A stretch of 64,000 bases of DNA from contig JBFWNS010000003.1 in the NCBI GenBank assembly GCA_050250935.1, positions 32,001 through 96,000 on the forward strand. The letters run 5' to 3'. Of the stretch, positions 10,295-19,909 are shown piece after piece; position 1 is the first letter of the stretch; every line of letters starts with the position of its first letter. The position numbers were made by a program, and so were the translations under genes. The notes under the pieces were generated by a model that saw nothing but the letters and a program-made list of their open reading frames with translations, made no database searches and was not told the origin of the DNA. Source of the stretch: Candidatus Margulisiibacteriota bacterium (GTDB lineage Bacteria > Margulisbacteria > Marinamargulisbacteria > JBFWNS01).

Positions 10295-11619
10295 ATTCCA
10301 TGACTATCCCCAAAAGCCTAGAGCTTCAAGACCGCGCAAAAAAACGGATTCCCGGGTGGAATCAACTGTTGTCCAAACGTCCAGATCAATTTTCGGCTGG
10401 GGTATGGCCTGGCTATTTTGACAAAGCTTCGGGTGCCGAGGTTTGGGATTTGGATGGCAATCGCTATATCGATATGAGTATTTCGGGCATTGGTGCCAAT
10501 GTGTTGGGCTATGCAGACCCCGATGTTAATGCCGCAGTGGTCGAGGCCATTTCACGCGGTTCATCAAGTTCGTTAAATTGTTATGAAGAAGTGGAATTGG
10601 CCGAAGCTTTGTGCCGGTTGCACCCTTGGGCCGAACAAGCGCGTTTTACCCGAACTGGCGGGGAATCCATGGCTGTTGCGGTTCGGATTGCCAGAGCTCA
10701 CACCCAACGCAGTGTGGTGGCGTTTTGTGGCTATCACGGTTGGCACGATTGGTATTTGGCCGCGAATTTGAAAGGCTCAGAAGCGCTGAACGATCATTTG
10801 TTAAAAGGGTTGGAGCCCGTTGGGGTTCCCAAAGAGTTGGCCGGAACCGCTTTGCCGTTTCGGTTTAACGATATCGAGGCTCTGGAAGCCATTGCCAGAA
10901 CCCATGGCGATCGTTTGGCGGCCATTGTGTTGGAGCCCATTCGCAACGATAAGCCGACCCCCGAATTCCAGGCCGCACTGACCCGCATCAAAAACCAAAC
11001 GGGTGCTGTGGTGATTATTGATGAAATTTCGGCAGGGTTTCGCCTGACCCCAGGTGGGGCACATTTGGTGTTGGGTTATGATTCTCCAGACATGGCTGTG
11101 TTTTCCAAAGCCCTGGGAAATGGGTTTCCCATTGGCGCCATCATCGGCAAAGCGGCGGTGATGGAATCGGCCAAAGACAGTTTCATCAGCAGCACCAATT
11201 GGACGGAACGCACGGGCTATGTTGCCGCCCTGGCTGTGATTAAAAAATACACCGAAAACAAGGTCCACGAGCATTTGGTTGCCACGGGAACGGACATCCA
11301 GACGGGTTGGAAACAAGCGGCCGAAAAAACGGGGCTTTCCATTACTGTCAGTGGGATTCCGCCCCTAAGCCATTTTGGATTTGTCTCTGATTCGCCCTTG
11401 GTGTTGAAGGCCTATTTTGTGCAATTGATGTTGGAGCAAGGCTTTTTGGCTTCGAATTTATTTTATTCCATGTATGCCCATACCCCAGCGCATGTGGCGG
11501 GCTATTTGGCAGCGGTGGAAAAAGCCTTTGCCCAGATTCAGCAGGCCGTTGATCAAGGTGATGTTTTGTCTCGTTTAAAAGGTAAGCCTGCGAATTCTGG
11601 CTTTTTGAGGCTCAATTAA
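10279..11619 (+). CDS. Class III aminotransferase (glutamate-1-semialdehyde-aminomutase-like, sugar-locus type)
   Basis: WDLDGNRYID, GYHGWHDW, IDEISAGFR, FSKALGNG (PLP lysine). Confidence 0.88.
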   Translation: MASIIDSMTIPKSLELQDRAKKRIPGWNQLLSKRPDQFSAGVWPGYFDKASGAEVWDLDGNRYIDMSISGIGANVLGYADPDVNAAVVEAISRGSSSSLNCYEEVELAEALCRLHPWAEQARFTRTGGESMAVAVRIARAHTQRSVVAFCGYHGWHDWYLAANLKGSEALNDHLLKGLEPVGVPKELAGTALPFRFNDIEALEAIARTHGDRLAAIVLEPIRNDKPTPEFQAALTRIKNQTGAVVIIDEISAGFRLTPGGAHLVLGYDSPDMAVFSKALGNGFPIGAIIGKAAVMESAKDSFISSTNWTERTGYVAALAVIKKYTENKVHEHLVATGTDIQTGWKQAAEKTGLSITVSGIPPLSHFGFVSDSPLVLKAYFVQLMLEQGFLASNLFYSMYAHTPAHVAGYLAAVEKAFAQIQQAVDQGDVLSRLKGKPANSGFLRLN

Positions 11620-11621
11620 TC

Positions 11622-12671
11622 ATGAAGGTGACGATTCAAGGGCGGGAGATTGGTCCTGGAAAACCGACCTACATCATTGCCGAAATGTCGGGGAATCACA
11701 AAGGCGATCTGCAAAAGGCGCTGGCCATTGTGGGACAGGCCAAGGCAGCAGGTGCTGATGCCATCAAGCTTCAGACCTATCGGGCCGATACCATTACCCT
11801 CGATTCTCAAAAACCCGATTTTTTGATTCCCGAAAACGATCCCTGGCACTACAAAGGAAATTTGTTTGCGCTGTATGAGGAAGCGTTTACGCCATGGGAA
11901 TGGCATGCGGCCTTGTTCGAAGAAGCCAAGCGGGTGGGGATTGCCATTTTTTCCTCGCCATTCGACTTAACGGCTGTCGACTTTTTGGAAACCTTGGGAT
12001 GCCCGGCCTATAAAATTGCGTCTCCAGAAATCACTGATATTCCGTTGTTGCGCCGCGTTGCCCAAACTAGAAAACCTGTGATTATGTCCACCGGATTGGC
12101 CGAATTGCCCGATATCGCGTTGGCCGTAGAAACCCTCAAGCAAAACGGCTGTACCGAATATATTTTGCTAAAATGCACAGCCAGCTATCCGGCGCCACCC
12201 GAACGCATGAATTTGCTCACCATCCCCGACATGATTCGACGGTTTGGGTGTTTGGCTGGATTGTCCGACCATACCTTGGGCATTGGCGTACCTGTGGCTT
12301 CGGTGGCACTGGGTGCGACAGTAATCGAAAAACATTTCATGAGCGATAAAGACGACCAAACAGTGGATAGCTTTTTTTCGTTGGATCCAGTCACTTTTAA
12401 ACAAATGGTCGACGAAGTTCGTAAGGTTGAATTGGCCTTGGGAGGGGTGGTTTACGACGTTTTTGGAGATCCGGGAACAAAATTCAAAGCCCGGCGGTCT
12501 TTGTATATCAGTACCCCCATTAAAGCTGGTGAACCTTTAACTGCGTCGCATGTAAAATCGGTTCGCCCCAGTTGGGGTCTACATCCGAAACACTACGATG
12601 CCGTTTTGGGGCGTGTGGTGAATCGGGATCTTGATAAAGGAGACCGATTGAACCTTGAAGACCTTACCTAG
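11622..12671 (+). CDS. pseI: Pseudaminic acid synthase (NeuB family with C-terminal SAF domain)
   Basis: IIAEMSGNH, KLQTY, FSSPFD, YKIASPE, GLSDHTLG, IEKHF, RRSLY. Confidence 0.92.
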   Translation: MKVTIQGREIGPGKPTYIIAEMSGNHKGDLQKALAIVGQAKAAGADAIKLQTYRADTITLDSQKPDFLIPENDPWHYKGNLFALYEEAFTPWEWHAALFEEAKRVGIAIFSSPFDLTAVDFLETLGCPAYKIASPEITDIPLLRRVAQTRKPVIMSTGLAELPDIALAVETLKQNGCTEYILLKCTASYPAPPERMNLLTIPDMIRRFGCLAGLSDHTLGIGVPVASVALGATVIEKHFMSDKDDQTVDSFFSLDPVTFKQMVDEVRKVELALGGVVYDVFGDPGTKFKARRSLYISTPIKAGEPLTASHVKSVRPSWGLHPKHYDAVLGRVVNRDLDKGDRLNLEDLT

Positions 12672-13437
12672 ACACGTTGTTGCCATTATCCAAGCCCGCC
12701 AAGGGTCCTCGCGTTTGCCAGGGAAAACCCTAACCCCACTTTGGGGCTCCAAAACCGTTCTCGAGGTGATGTTGGACCGCGTTCGTCCCGCAAAAACCCT
12801 AAACCAAATTGTCGTGGCCACCACCACCGAATCCAGAGACGATGCTGTTGAAACCTTGTGTAAAACCTTGGGTGTCGGCTGTTTTCGGGGCAGCGAAGAT
12901 GATGTTTTAGACCGGTTTTATCAAGCCGCGACACATTTTAAGGCTACCCATGTGCTGCGTTTAACCGCAGACTGCCCCCTCCACGACTACGAAGTAATCG
13001 ACCGTTTGGTGTCGACATTTTTCGAAGCCAGTGCCGATTATGCAGCCAATGCTTTGGAACACACCTATCCCGATGGCTTTGATGCTGAAGTGTTTACCTA
13101 TGAGGCTTTAAAACGGGCCCATACCGAGGCCAAAAAACCTTCGGAACGCGAGCACGTCACCCCCTATATTAATCAACACCGGGACCTGTTTAAAATCGTT
13201 AATGTTGCCCACCACCGCGATGCTTCCAACATGAGACTGACCCTGGACGAGCCCAGCGATTTTAAACTGATCGCCACCGTGGTCAACGCATTGTTTACCC
13301 CAGACCGTTTTGTCCATTTGGATGAGATTATCGATTATTTGGAGGCCAACCCAGACCTATTGGCCATTAATGGATCCATCCCCCGAAACGAGGGGTATCT
13401 TAAATCCCTTAAAAAGGATCTAGAGCAGCTCAGTTAG
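12655..13437 (+). CDS. SpsF-like cytidylyltransferase (probable CMP-nonulosonate synthetase, PseF role)
   Basis: IIQARQGSSRLPGK, RGSEDDVLDR, RLTADCP, REHVTPY. Confidence 0.85.
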   Translation: MKTLPRHVVAIIQARQGSSRLPGKTLTPLWGSKTVLEVMLDRVRPAKTLNQIVVATTTESRDDAVETLCKTLGVGCFRGSEDDVLDRFYQAATHFKATHVLRLTADCPLHDYEVIDRLVSTFFEASADYAANALEHTYPDGFDAEVFTYEALKRAHTEAKKPSEREHVTPYINQHRDLFKIVNVAHHRDASNMRLTLDEPSDFKLIATVVNALFTPDRFVHLDEIIDYLEANPDLLAINGSIPRNEGYLKSLKKDLEQLS

Positions 13438-14006
13438 CTCGGCTCAGATTTGACCTGTTTTGTGGAAATCAGTGCCAAATACGTTTCTAAGGTTATTCCC
13501 ATGATCAAAACGTTTTCCCATTGTCCTTGATAGCGTGCAAAGTTCTTTAATGTGCCTTCGATCTTGAAGCCCATGCGTTTGTGAATCTCAATAACTGACA
13601 CATTTTGCTCAAATATTTCTAATTTGAGAGTTTTATAATTGAGGAGTTCAAAACAGATGCTTTGAGCAATTTTGTCAAATTTAAACCCCAAGCCAAGTTG
13701 ATTCTCGTGTGGGTTGGCATACATTCCAAAGTATGCTGATTGATTGTTTGGGAGTAATTTAAAAGATAAAACCCCAAGTTTTGCATTTTGTTGGTCTTTG
13801 ACTAAATAATAGTGGTTATTAGTCCCTTTAAGACCTTGAACAAATTCCAAATGATCTGAAAGGGTAATGGGTTGGCTGTTATACATCCAGTCCCTAACGC
13901 TGTCTGTATTGCGCCAGATCAAAATTTCTTCGAGCTGACTTGTTGTGAGTTGAGTAAACGATTCTAAACAGAACGTTTCGATTTGTAATACGCTAGCCAA
14001 AGACAT
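13434..14006 (-). CDS. pseH: UDP-4-amino-4,6-dideoxy-N-acetyl-beta-L-altrosamine N-acetyltransferase (GNAT)
   Basis: WRN..VRDWM, ITLSDHLEF, FGMY, LEIFEQN, HKRMGF; adjacent to pseG. Confidence 0.8.
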   Translation of the reverse strand: MSLASVLQIETFCLESFTQLTTSQLEEILIWRNTDSVRDWMYNSQPITLSDHLEFVQGLKGTNNHYYLVKDQQNAKLGVLSFKLLPNNQSAYFGMYANPHENQLGLGFKFDKIAQSICFELLNYKTLKLEIFEQNVSVIEIHKRMGFKIEGTLKNFARYQGQWENVLIMGITLETYLALISTKQVKSEPS

Positions 14007-15069
14007 TGAGTATCTCCTGAATCACGCGATTTGTTCCATTGCCATCAACAAGATTATATCCTTTTTTGCTTGTGGAATAGTGTAATTTGGGTTTGGTTAA
14101 GAGTTTGTTAAGTAAGTTTCTTAGTTCTGATTTATAGGATTGGTCTGGACACAAAAAAATTAGCCCCGAATCGGATAATGTTTTAACGGATTCTATTTGG
14201 TTTTCTGCGACTGCTGTTACAATTGCAGGTAGACCAAGGCAAAACCGTTCCCAATTGGTGCTTCCGCCAGCTCCAATGGCTAAGTCAGATTGGCTCATCA
14301 GTTTTGCAAACTGGGTTACGTGCATATGGTGCTGAAAACCCTGTTGCTTGCAGAGGGTTTGTACATGTTGAAAGTGAGGGGCGTTATTTCCTAGGATAAC
14401 GGTCACTCCAAAATTTTTATATTCTTGTATTATTTCCAGGGCGGGCAGCGTGAGTTGAAGTGGGTCAGTGGCCCCAAAATAGACCATAAGATTCTGAATT
14501 CGTGTTTTCATTTTAAGCTTGGAAGGTCGATAGTCTTTAAACTCATCTCGAACTAAGGCATAATTGGGCCCGATGAGTTGGTTTGTGTTTTCTTCAACCA
14601 AAGATATGTATCGAGAATGCATGTCTAAGTAATAATTTTGATCCAATAAAAGTTCACAAGTGTGGGGCCGATTCGCTAGATCATCAATAACCATAATGGC
14701 ACGCGTGTACTTTTTGACGGCCTTTTCCCATTTATGATCGAGGCCATAATGGTCCACGATAACCCAATCACAGCCTGCTTTTGGCAAATGTTCTATAAAT
14801 TCTTTTGCATCGTTTTCTTGGGATGCGCCAACCCAATCGCCGTAGTTCGCATAAGACAAGGGGGTGATAGGTTTTTTTAGAGTATGAATTTTAAAACCAA
14901 GAGACTCAATATAGGCTAAATGATTTCCAGGATGTGGCCTTGAAACAAAATGACAGTCAATTCCTATTGCTTTGAGCCCTAGTGCAAGTGTTAAACAACG
15001 CATAACGTGACCAGATCCAATTTGATTGGAAGAATCTGCACGAAAAAAGACTGATTTGATCGATGTCAT
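13993..15069 (-). CDS. pseG: UDP-2,4-diacetamido-2,4,6-trideoxy-beta-L-altropyranose hydrolase
   Basis: FRADSSNQIGSGHVMRC, VDHY, IDDLANR, FGATD, GAGGSTNWER, AENQ, DGNG. Confidence 0.9.
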   Translation of the reverse strand: MTSIKSVFFRADSSNQIGSGHVMRCLTLALGLKAIGIDCHFVSRPHPGNHLAYIESLGFKIHTLKKPITPLSYANYGDWVGASQENDAKEFIEHLPKAGCDWVIVDHYGLDHKWEKAVKKYTRAIMVIDDLANRPHTCELLLDQNYYLDMHSRYISLVEENTNQLIGPNYALVRDEFKDYRPSKLKMKTRIQNLMVYFGATDPLQLTLPALEIIQEYKNFGVTVILGNNAPHFQHVQTLCKQQGFQHHMHVTQFAKLMSQSDLAIGAGGSTNWERFCLGLPAIVTAVAENQIESVKTLSDSGLIFLCPDQSYKSELRNLLNKLLTKPKLHYSTSKKGYNLVDGNGTNRVIQEILNVFG

Positions 15070-15080
15070 AACGGAGACAT

Positions 15081-16301
15081 TTACGGATCAGACTTTTTAA
15101 AAAATTGAGGGTTTAGTACGATTTCTCTAGAGAACTCACGTAGTAAGTTATAGCCATCCCAATGAATATGGAAGTCTAAGGCTGTGCCTATAGGAACAAA
15201 TCTAGAGAATCCTCTGGGAGGATGGTTTTTGATGGTGTTTAGGATGTCTTCTTTTGAAAATCCAAATAGTGTCAATGTTTGGTCTTTAGGGGTTGAATGG
15301 ATAAATAAGTCCGCTAAAGATGGACTTTCAACCTCATAAAATAACCCTTCTCCACAGTGTCGTTCTCGATCAATATCTGAAATGGAGTTGAATGCAAGCC
15401 TAACAACCGTGTTGGTTTGTTCAACAACTTTAAATGTTGGATTATTAATGGCTAATGTATGGGTTGTTGCTAGCTTTGAAAGAACGCCAGAGGATGAAAT
15501 ATCTCGATTTTGTGTTGTTAGTTTTGAATGAAGGGCTTTCCAAAACTTGGTTTTGGCTTCAGTGCAGTCACTAGGAGTTCCTACCCAATAAACAAGTTTT
15601 GGGGAAGAACAGCCCAGTTGATCAAAAAAATAGGTGTCTGCAATAAATTTGGAGATAAGATCTTCTGTGTTTTTTTCGATACAATAATTTTTTGCCTGTA
15701 TTGCGCAAGCTGAAAATTTGTCTGAAAAAACGATTTCTTTAGCATGGGCTGGGAGCTTGCAAGATCTAATTGTTGAAATCGTTTGGTCACCGCCCCAAAT
15801 GGCTCGCATATCACAGATTGCGCTGAGGGCTTCCGTTGTTTGGGTGTCATGAGGATAAGAAATAATCATATAGCGTTTGCAAAAAGCTGTGAATTTGGGA
15901 TCCTTTTCCAAGTGGTTAAGCGCATTGATTAAAAGATCCATTTGGGTACTTTTTTTACTGGAAACTCTTAAGATATTTTTATTGCCCACTAAGGCAGAAA
16001 TAACCCAAGAGTAGATAAAAATAGTATCTACATTGGACGGAGCAATATGGAAAACGATCCCTCTGGCAAGAAAAAAGGTGTCTTGTGTAGGTTCAAGATT
16101 ACGTTGAAGTTTTTGGAGGTTGCCTTTTCTTAACCAAAAGGCCAAAGCAATCAATTCGGGAAAAGCTTGAAACTTTTGTTCTGTGAAAAGATGATCAGAA
16201 AGATTGGAGAAAAAGTCGATGGTTGTAGGATCGAATGGCCTTGTTACAGGACTTTCTTGGATCATCGTAATGGATATATTGGGCGGGGATAAAATGTTCA
16301 T
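15081..16301 (-). CDS. LuxC-like acyl-CoA/acyl-protein reductase
   Basis: FHIAPSNVD, WGGD, DQLGCSSP (catalytic Cys), WDG. Confidence 0.85.
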   Translation of the reverse strand: MNILSPPNISITMIQESPVTRPFDPTTIDFFSNLSDHLFTEQKFQAFPELIALAFWLRKGNLQKLQRNLEPTQDTFFLARGIVFHIAPSNVDTIFIYSWVISALVGNKNILRVSSKKSTQMDLLINALNHLEKDPKFTAFCKRYMIISYPHDTQTTEALSAICDMRAIWGGDQTISTIRSCKLPAHAKEIVFSDKFSACAIQAKNYCIEKNTEDLISKFIADTYFFDQLGCSSPKLVYWVGTPSDCTEAKTKFWKALHSKLTTQNRDISSSGVLSKLATTHTLAINNPTFKVVEQTNTVVRLAFNSISDIDRERHCGEGLFYEVESPSLADLFIHSTPKDQTLTLFGFSKEDILNTIKNHPPRGFSRFVPIGTALDFHIHWDGYNLLREFSREIVLNPQFFKKSDP

Positions 16302-17366
16302 TTATGGGGTATTTCCGTTGATAAAGGTATCGCTGCATCCTCGGACTTCAGCTTTTGGCAACCGTCCTTGCACATGAAAATAGGTGCCCATACGCCCGCA
16401 AGGGCAGGAGTCTACTCCATATTTAACGCCAATATCTTCTGTTAAAATGGCGTGGCCCGGATAGCTTGTTGGTAGTACAGAAAGGGTTTCTAATAAGCCA
16501 CTTTCACCATTGGGTTGAACGGCTAATGTTTGGGGATGTCTTACCAAAACATCGGCAAAGATGGGGGCATGTAAATAACCATGACTACATTCCGTAAAAA
16601 TTGATCCTACCTGTTCGGCCATTCCGTAGAAATTAATGCAGTTTTCTAGACCAAATTTGTACTTTAATTTTTCTTTAAAGGTATCGTTGCTGACGGCTAG
16701 TTCGATTAATTTTTTCCAGCCGCCACTATGAAATAAAATAGCTTTGCTGAGATCAACTTTTGTTTCTAAACCGAGGTATAAATATTGCCAAATCATAAAC
16801 GTAAATCCGAAAATCAGCAAAGGTTGATTAGGATGTTCTTTTAAGAACTCAATGAGTCCATTTTTATCAACCTGCATATCCTCTGTTAAAAGAAAAAAAT
16901 GATGATGCCCAAAGTTTGAAAAACCAGAAATACCTGCGGCTCTTGCTGAAAATTTTTTTTGACTGAAAACACTTTTGGAATCGACAATAATCATGGGGAG
17001 ACGCTGTTTCCCAGTGTAACTTTGAACAATACTGGTTAGAGCTTTAACCTGGCTAAGCGAAGTTTCTTTGTCTAAGAAAATTTTAGAAGATGTTCCAGTA
17101 GTTCCAGAAGATTCTAAAATTCTTACAATGGCTGAATCGGGAATGCTTTTGAGAAGATGCTGTTTAAAAAGTGAAACCGGAAGATAGGGAACCTCTGCAA
17201 TTGTGGCTGGTGAGGCATTAAAATGGTCGTACACGGTTGATATTCGTTGATAGGAAAGGCAGTTTTGTTGGTGTAATTGGATAAGGTGTGAAAGGGCGTT
17301 CAGTAAAAAGGGCTGTTTTTTTTCGCTTTTTAGGCCAAATGGGTCTTGATCAAAAGAGAAAGTCAT
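16302..17366 (-). CDS. LuxE-like acyl-protein synthetase
   Basis: LPVSLFK, SSGTTG, GGWKK, FYGMAEQ, YPGHAILTED, C-terminal RGCSD. Confidence 0.88.
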   Translation of the reverse strand: MTFSFDQDPFGLKSEKKQPFLLNALSHLIQLHQQNCLSYQRISTVYDHFNASPATIAEVPYLPVSLFKQHLLKSIPDSAIVRILESSGTTGTSSKIFLDKETSLSQVKALTSIVQSYTGKQRLPMIIVDSKSVFSQKKFSARAAGISGFSNFGHHHFFLLTEDMQVDKNGLIEFLKEHPNQPLLIFGFTFMIWQYLYLGLETKVDLSKAILFHSGGWKKLIELAVSNDTFKEKLKYKFGLENCINFYGMAEQVGSIFTECSHGYLHAPIFADVLVRHPQTLAVQPNGESGLLETLSVLPTSYPGHAILTEDIGVKYGVDSCPCGRMGTYFHVQGRLPKAEVRGCSDTFINGNTP

Positions 17367-18796
17367 TATTGTGCCAAAAAAGAGTGGAAGAGTTGATCAT
17401 AGTTGATTTTACCATAATCGTTTCTTGGGTAGGAATGGACATATTCCAGTGTGTAAGAAACAGGACTAATTTTAAGAACAGAGCTTAGTAACTGTTGGAG
17501 TTTAGGTTTATCGTCTGGGTCAGTAAAGGTAACAATCAAAAGATCATCTTTTCCACCACAAGCAGCGTCTATTTTAAGTGACGTTTGAATCCGTTTTTCA
17601 AGTTCATCAAGACCGATTCTTACCCCAGAGACTTTAATAAATCTGGATTTTCGGCCAACAATGTATAAAAGACCTTCTTCATCAAATTGTCCGATATCGC
17701 CAGTATAGAGGGTTCCATTGAGCTCATCTTTTAAACTTAAACTGTGAGCATTCGTTGCATAGCCCATCATAACATTGGGGCCAGAATAAACAATTTCGCC
17801 AGGCTCGTTTGGTGCTAAAATTGTTTGCTTTTTATCGTCGATTAGATGGATAGTTCCTCCTGGAATCGTAATACCGACGCTCGTAGGATGCTCCAAGATT
17901 AATTGGGGTGGAACGTAGGATATTCGAGCGGTGGCCTCGGTTTGTCCGTACATTACAAAGAAGCGGCAATTTTTTTCTTTTGCTTTTGTTGCAAGTTCCT
18001 GTACTAGCGATTTGTTCATTTTTCCACCGGCCTGTGTCCAGGTTTTAATACTGGGGTAATCTTTTTCAAAAAAACCAATCTTATGGAGAATGCTATAGGT
18101 ATAAGGAACCCCTGAAATAGAGCTACAGTTGTGTTCTTCTGCAAAGGACCATAAATTTCTGGATAATACAGAGTCATTGCTAAGCAACAGGGTTGCCCCT
18201 ACCAAAAGGTGGCTGTTTATAATCGAGAGGCCGTAAGAATAGTGCATGGGGAGCAACGTTATCGGTCTTTCGGTGCTTGTCAGGGATAGATAACTTGCAA
18301 TAGAGACTGCATTTTCGGCTAAGTTTTTATAGCTCAGGCGAACCATTTTTATGCTTCCGGTACTGCCAGAGGTTGGTAAAATAAGGGCTAAATCTGGGTT
18401 TATGTTATAGGGAGTTGATGCTGGAAGCTTATAAAGCGTAAAGCTGTTAAGTCGTGTAAGAGGGGTGAATCGGTTATCAAAATTTTGTGATGTCCAAATA
18501 AACTGGGGCAAAAATTGAGTTAATAAGGTTTCAAAATAGTCATTTTCCACTTGTTGAGGGAGCAACATAAGGGCTGTTTTGCTTTGAAGTGCTGCCAAAT
18601 AACCGACTATAGCGGAGGTCGAATTGTTGGCCATAATCAGCATTAAGCTTTTTTCTTGTGGTAACAGCTTTGCTAAATTTGTGACATGGGTATTGAGCTC
18701 TTCATAGGTTGTGGATTGCCGGTCTTGATCAATAAGTGCAGTTTGGTTCGGGATAGCGTCTTTGAATTGCCAAAAGGAGGTCATCTTTTTAAACAA
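17366..18796 (-). CDS. AMP-dependent acyl ligase (ANL superfamily)
   Basis: TSGSTG, YGQTE, TGDIG, terminal GKI lysine motif. Confidence 0.9.
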   Translation of the reverse strand: MFKKMTSFWQFKDAIPNQTALIDQDRQSTTYEELNTHVTNLAKLLPQEKSLMLIMANNSTSAIVGYLAALQSKTALMLLPQQVENDYFETLLTQFLPQFIWTSQNFDNRFTPLTRLNSFTLYKLPASTPYNINPDLALILPTSGSTGSIKMVRLSYKNLAENAVSIASYLSLTSTERPITLLPMHYSYGLSIINSHLLVGATLLLSNDSVLSRNLWSFAEEHNCSSISGVPYTYSILHKIGFFEKDYPSIKTWTQAGGKMNKSLVQELATKAKEKNCRFFVMYGQTEATARISYVPPQLILEHPTSVGITIPGGTIHLIDDKKQTILAPNEPGEIVYSGPNVMMGYATNAHSLSLKDELNGTLYTGDIGQFDEEGLLYIVGRKSRFIKVSGVRIGLDELEKRIQTSLKIDAACGGKDDLLIVTFTDPDDKPKLQQLLSSVLKISPVSYTLEYVHSYPRNDYGKINYDQLFHSFLAQ

Positions 18797-19541
18797 TCAT
18801 GCCGCCATCAACCCCAATCACTTGTCCAGTAACGTAGGTTGATAGATCGGACAATAAAAATAAAGCACAGTTTGCAACCTCTTGGGGTGTTCCAATGCGC
18901 TGCATCTTGATAGAGGCTAACCGTTCTTGATATATGGAGTCTGGTAGTGTTTGGGTCATATCTGTGTCAATAAAGCCTGGTGAAATGGCATTGACACGGA
19001 TACCCGATGACGCGAGCTCTTTGGATAAGCTTAGAGCGAACCCAATAATTGCTGCTTTGCTAGCACTGTATCCAGATAATCCTTCTTTGCCGTTTTGCCC
19101 CATAATTGAGCTAATCATTACAATGGAACCATGTTTGTTTCGTTGCATTAGCTTTGCGCTATATTGTGTGCAATAAAAAGTACCATAGACATTGGTTTTG
19201 AACATGTCTTCTAGACTTTGTGAGGTTTGCATTTGTAAAAGCGCTGGGGTAAGGATTCCTGCACAATTTACTAGGCCATCCAGTTTTCCTGAAGAAGTAG
19301 TCATGAGTGTAGAAAACGCATCCCGTACAGCTTGGGGGTCAGAAATATCAAATGTTAGGGGGAAGAGACGTTTGTCTTCAACTGATTTTGAGCATGTTGA
19401 TAAAAGGTTTTCTAAAGAGTTTTCGTAATGCGCGGCAGCAAAAACAGTCGCTCCTTGTGCTAAAAGCAGTTTTGCTGTAGCAAATCCAATTCCCCTGCTT
19501 GCACCTGTTACAAAAATGACTTTGTTCTTTAGGCTAGTCAA
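18789..19541 (-). CDS. FabG-like short-chain dehydrogenase/ketoreductase
   Basis: TGASRGIG, NCAGI, YSASK, VNAISPGFIDTDM, TGQVIGVDGG. Confidence 0.9.
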   Translation of the reverse strand: MTSLKNKVIFVTGASRGIGFATAKLLLAQGATVFAAAHYENSLENLLSTCSKSVEDKRLFPLTFDISDPQAVRDAFSTLMTTSSGKLDGLVNCAGILTPALLQMQTSQSLEDMFKTNVYGTFYCTQYSAKLMQRNKHGSIVMISSIMGQNGKEGLSGYSASKAAIIGFALSLSKELASSGIRVNAISPGFIDTDMTQTLPDSIYQERLASIKMQRIGTPQEVANCALFLLSDLSTYVTGQVIGVDGGMIV

Positions 19542-19791
19542 AAGATATCCCGTATTTTGTTAAAATTTCTTGTGCTTTTAAAAAGGAACTCATGTCGATA
19601 ATATCTTCTGTTTCTAGAAGAATATTGTATTGTTTTTCAATGGATGCAACCAGTGTCATGTGGCTTAAGGAGTCCCATTGAATTCCTTGCTCTGGTGTGT
19701 TGTAACTTAAACTATCTTTAATCAGTGAAACATCTACTTTTAGTGTGTCTGCAAATATCTGTCTGAGTGTTTCCGCATTTTTTGATTTCAT
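19534..19791 (-). CDS. Acyl carrier protein
   Basis: 85 aa, WDSL phosphopantetheine site, GGAG SD. Confidence 0.88.
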   Translation of the reverse strand: MKSKNAETLRQIFADTLKVDVSLIKDSLSYNTPEQGIQWDSLSHMTLVASIEKQYNILLETEDIIDMSSFLKAQEILTKYGISFD

Positions 19792-19830
19792 AAATTGGGC
19801 TCCAATAGTGGTATATTTAGAGGCAGGATT

Positions 19831-19887
19831 CTAGCACACCGCCGTGATTCGTTCTACAATTTGGCAGGTGCCTTGGCCGTATATGAG
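19831..19887 (-). repeat. Diverged copy of the 3' end of the pseG-like gene at 21024-21080
   Basis: Reads LIYGQGTCQIVERITAVC* versus LIDGQGTSRIVERIAALC*, colinear at DNA level including the TAG. Confidence 0.8.
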
Positions 19888-19909
19888 TCAATTTTTGACT
19901 TATTTTGGT

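Noticed and set aside
10279..11619. hemL (tetrapyrrole synthesis)
   Set aside because: Class III fold, but embedded in the pse operon with a GYHGWHDW motif and no hem genes nearby
15081..17366. Bioluminescence (lux) operon
   Set aside because: No luxA/luxB luciferase or luxD; the context is sugar modification
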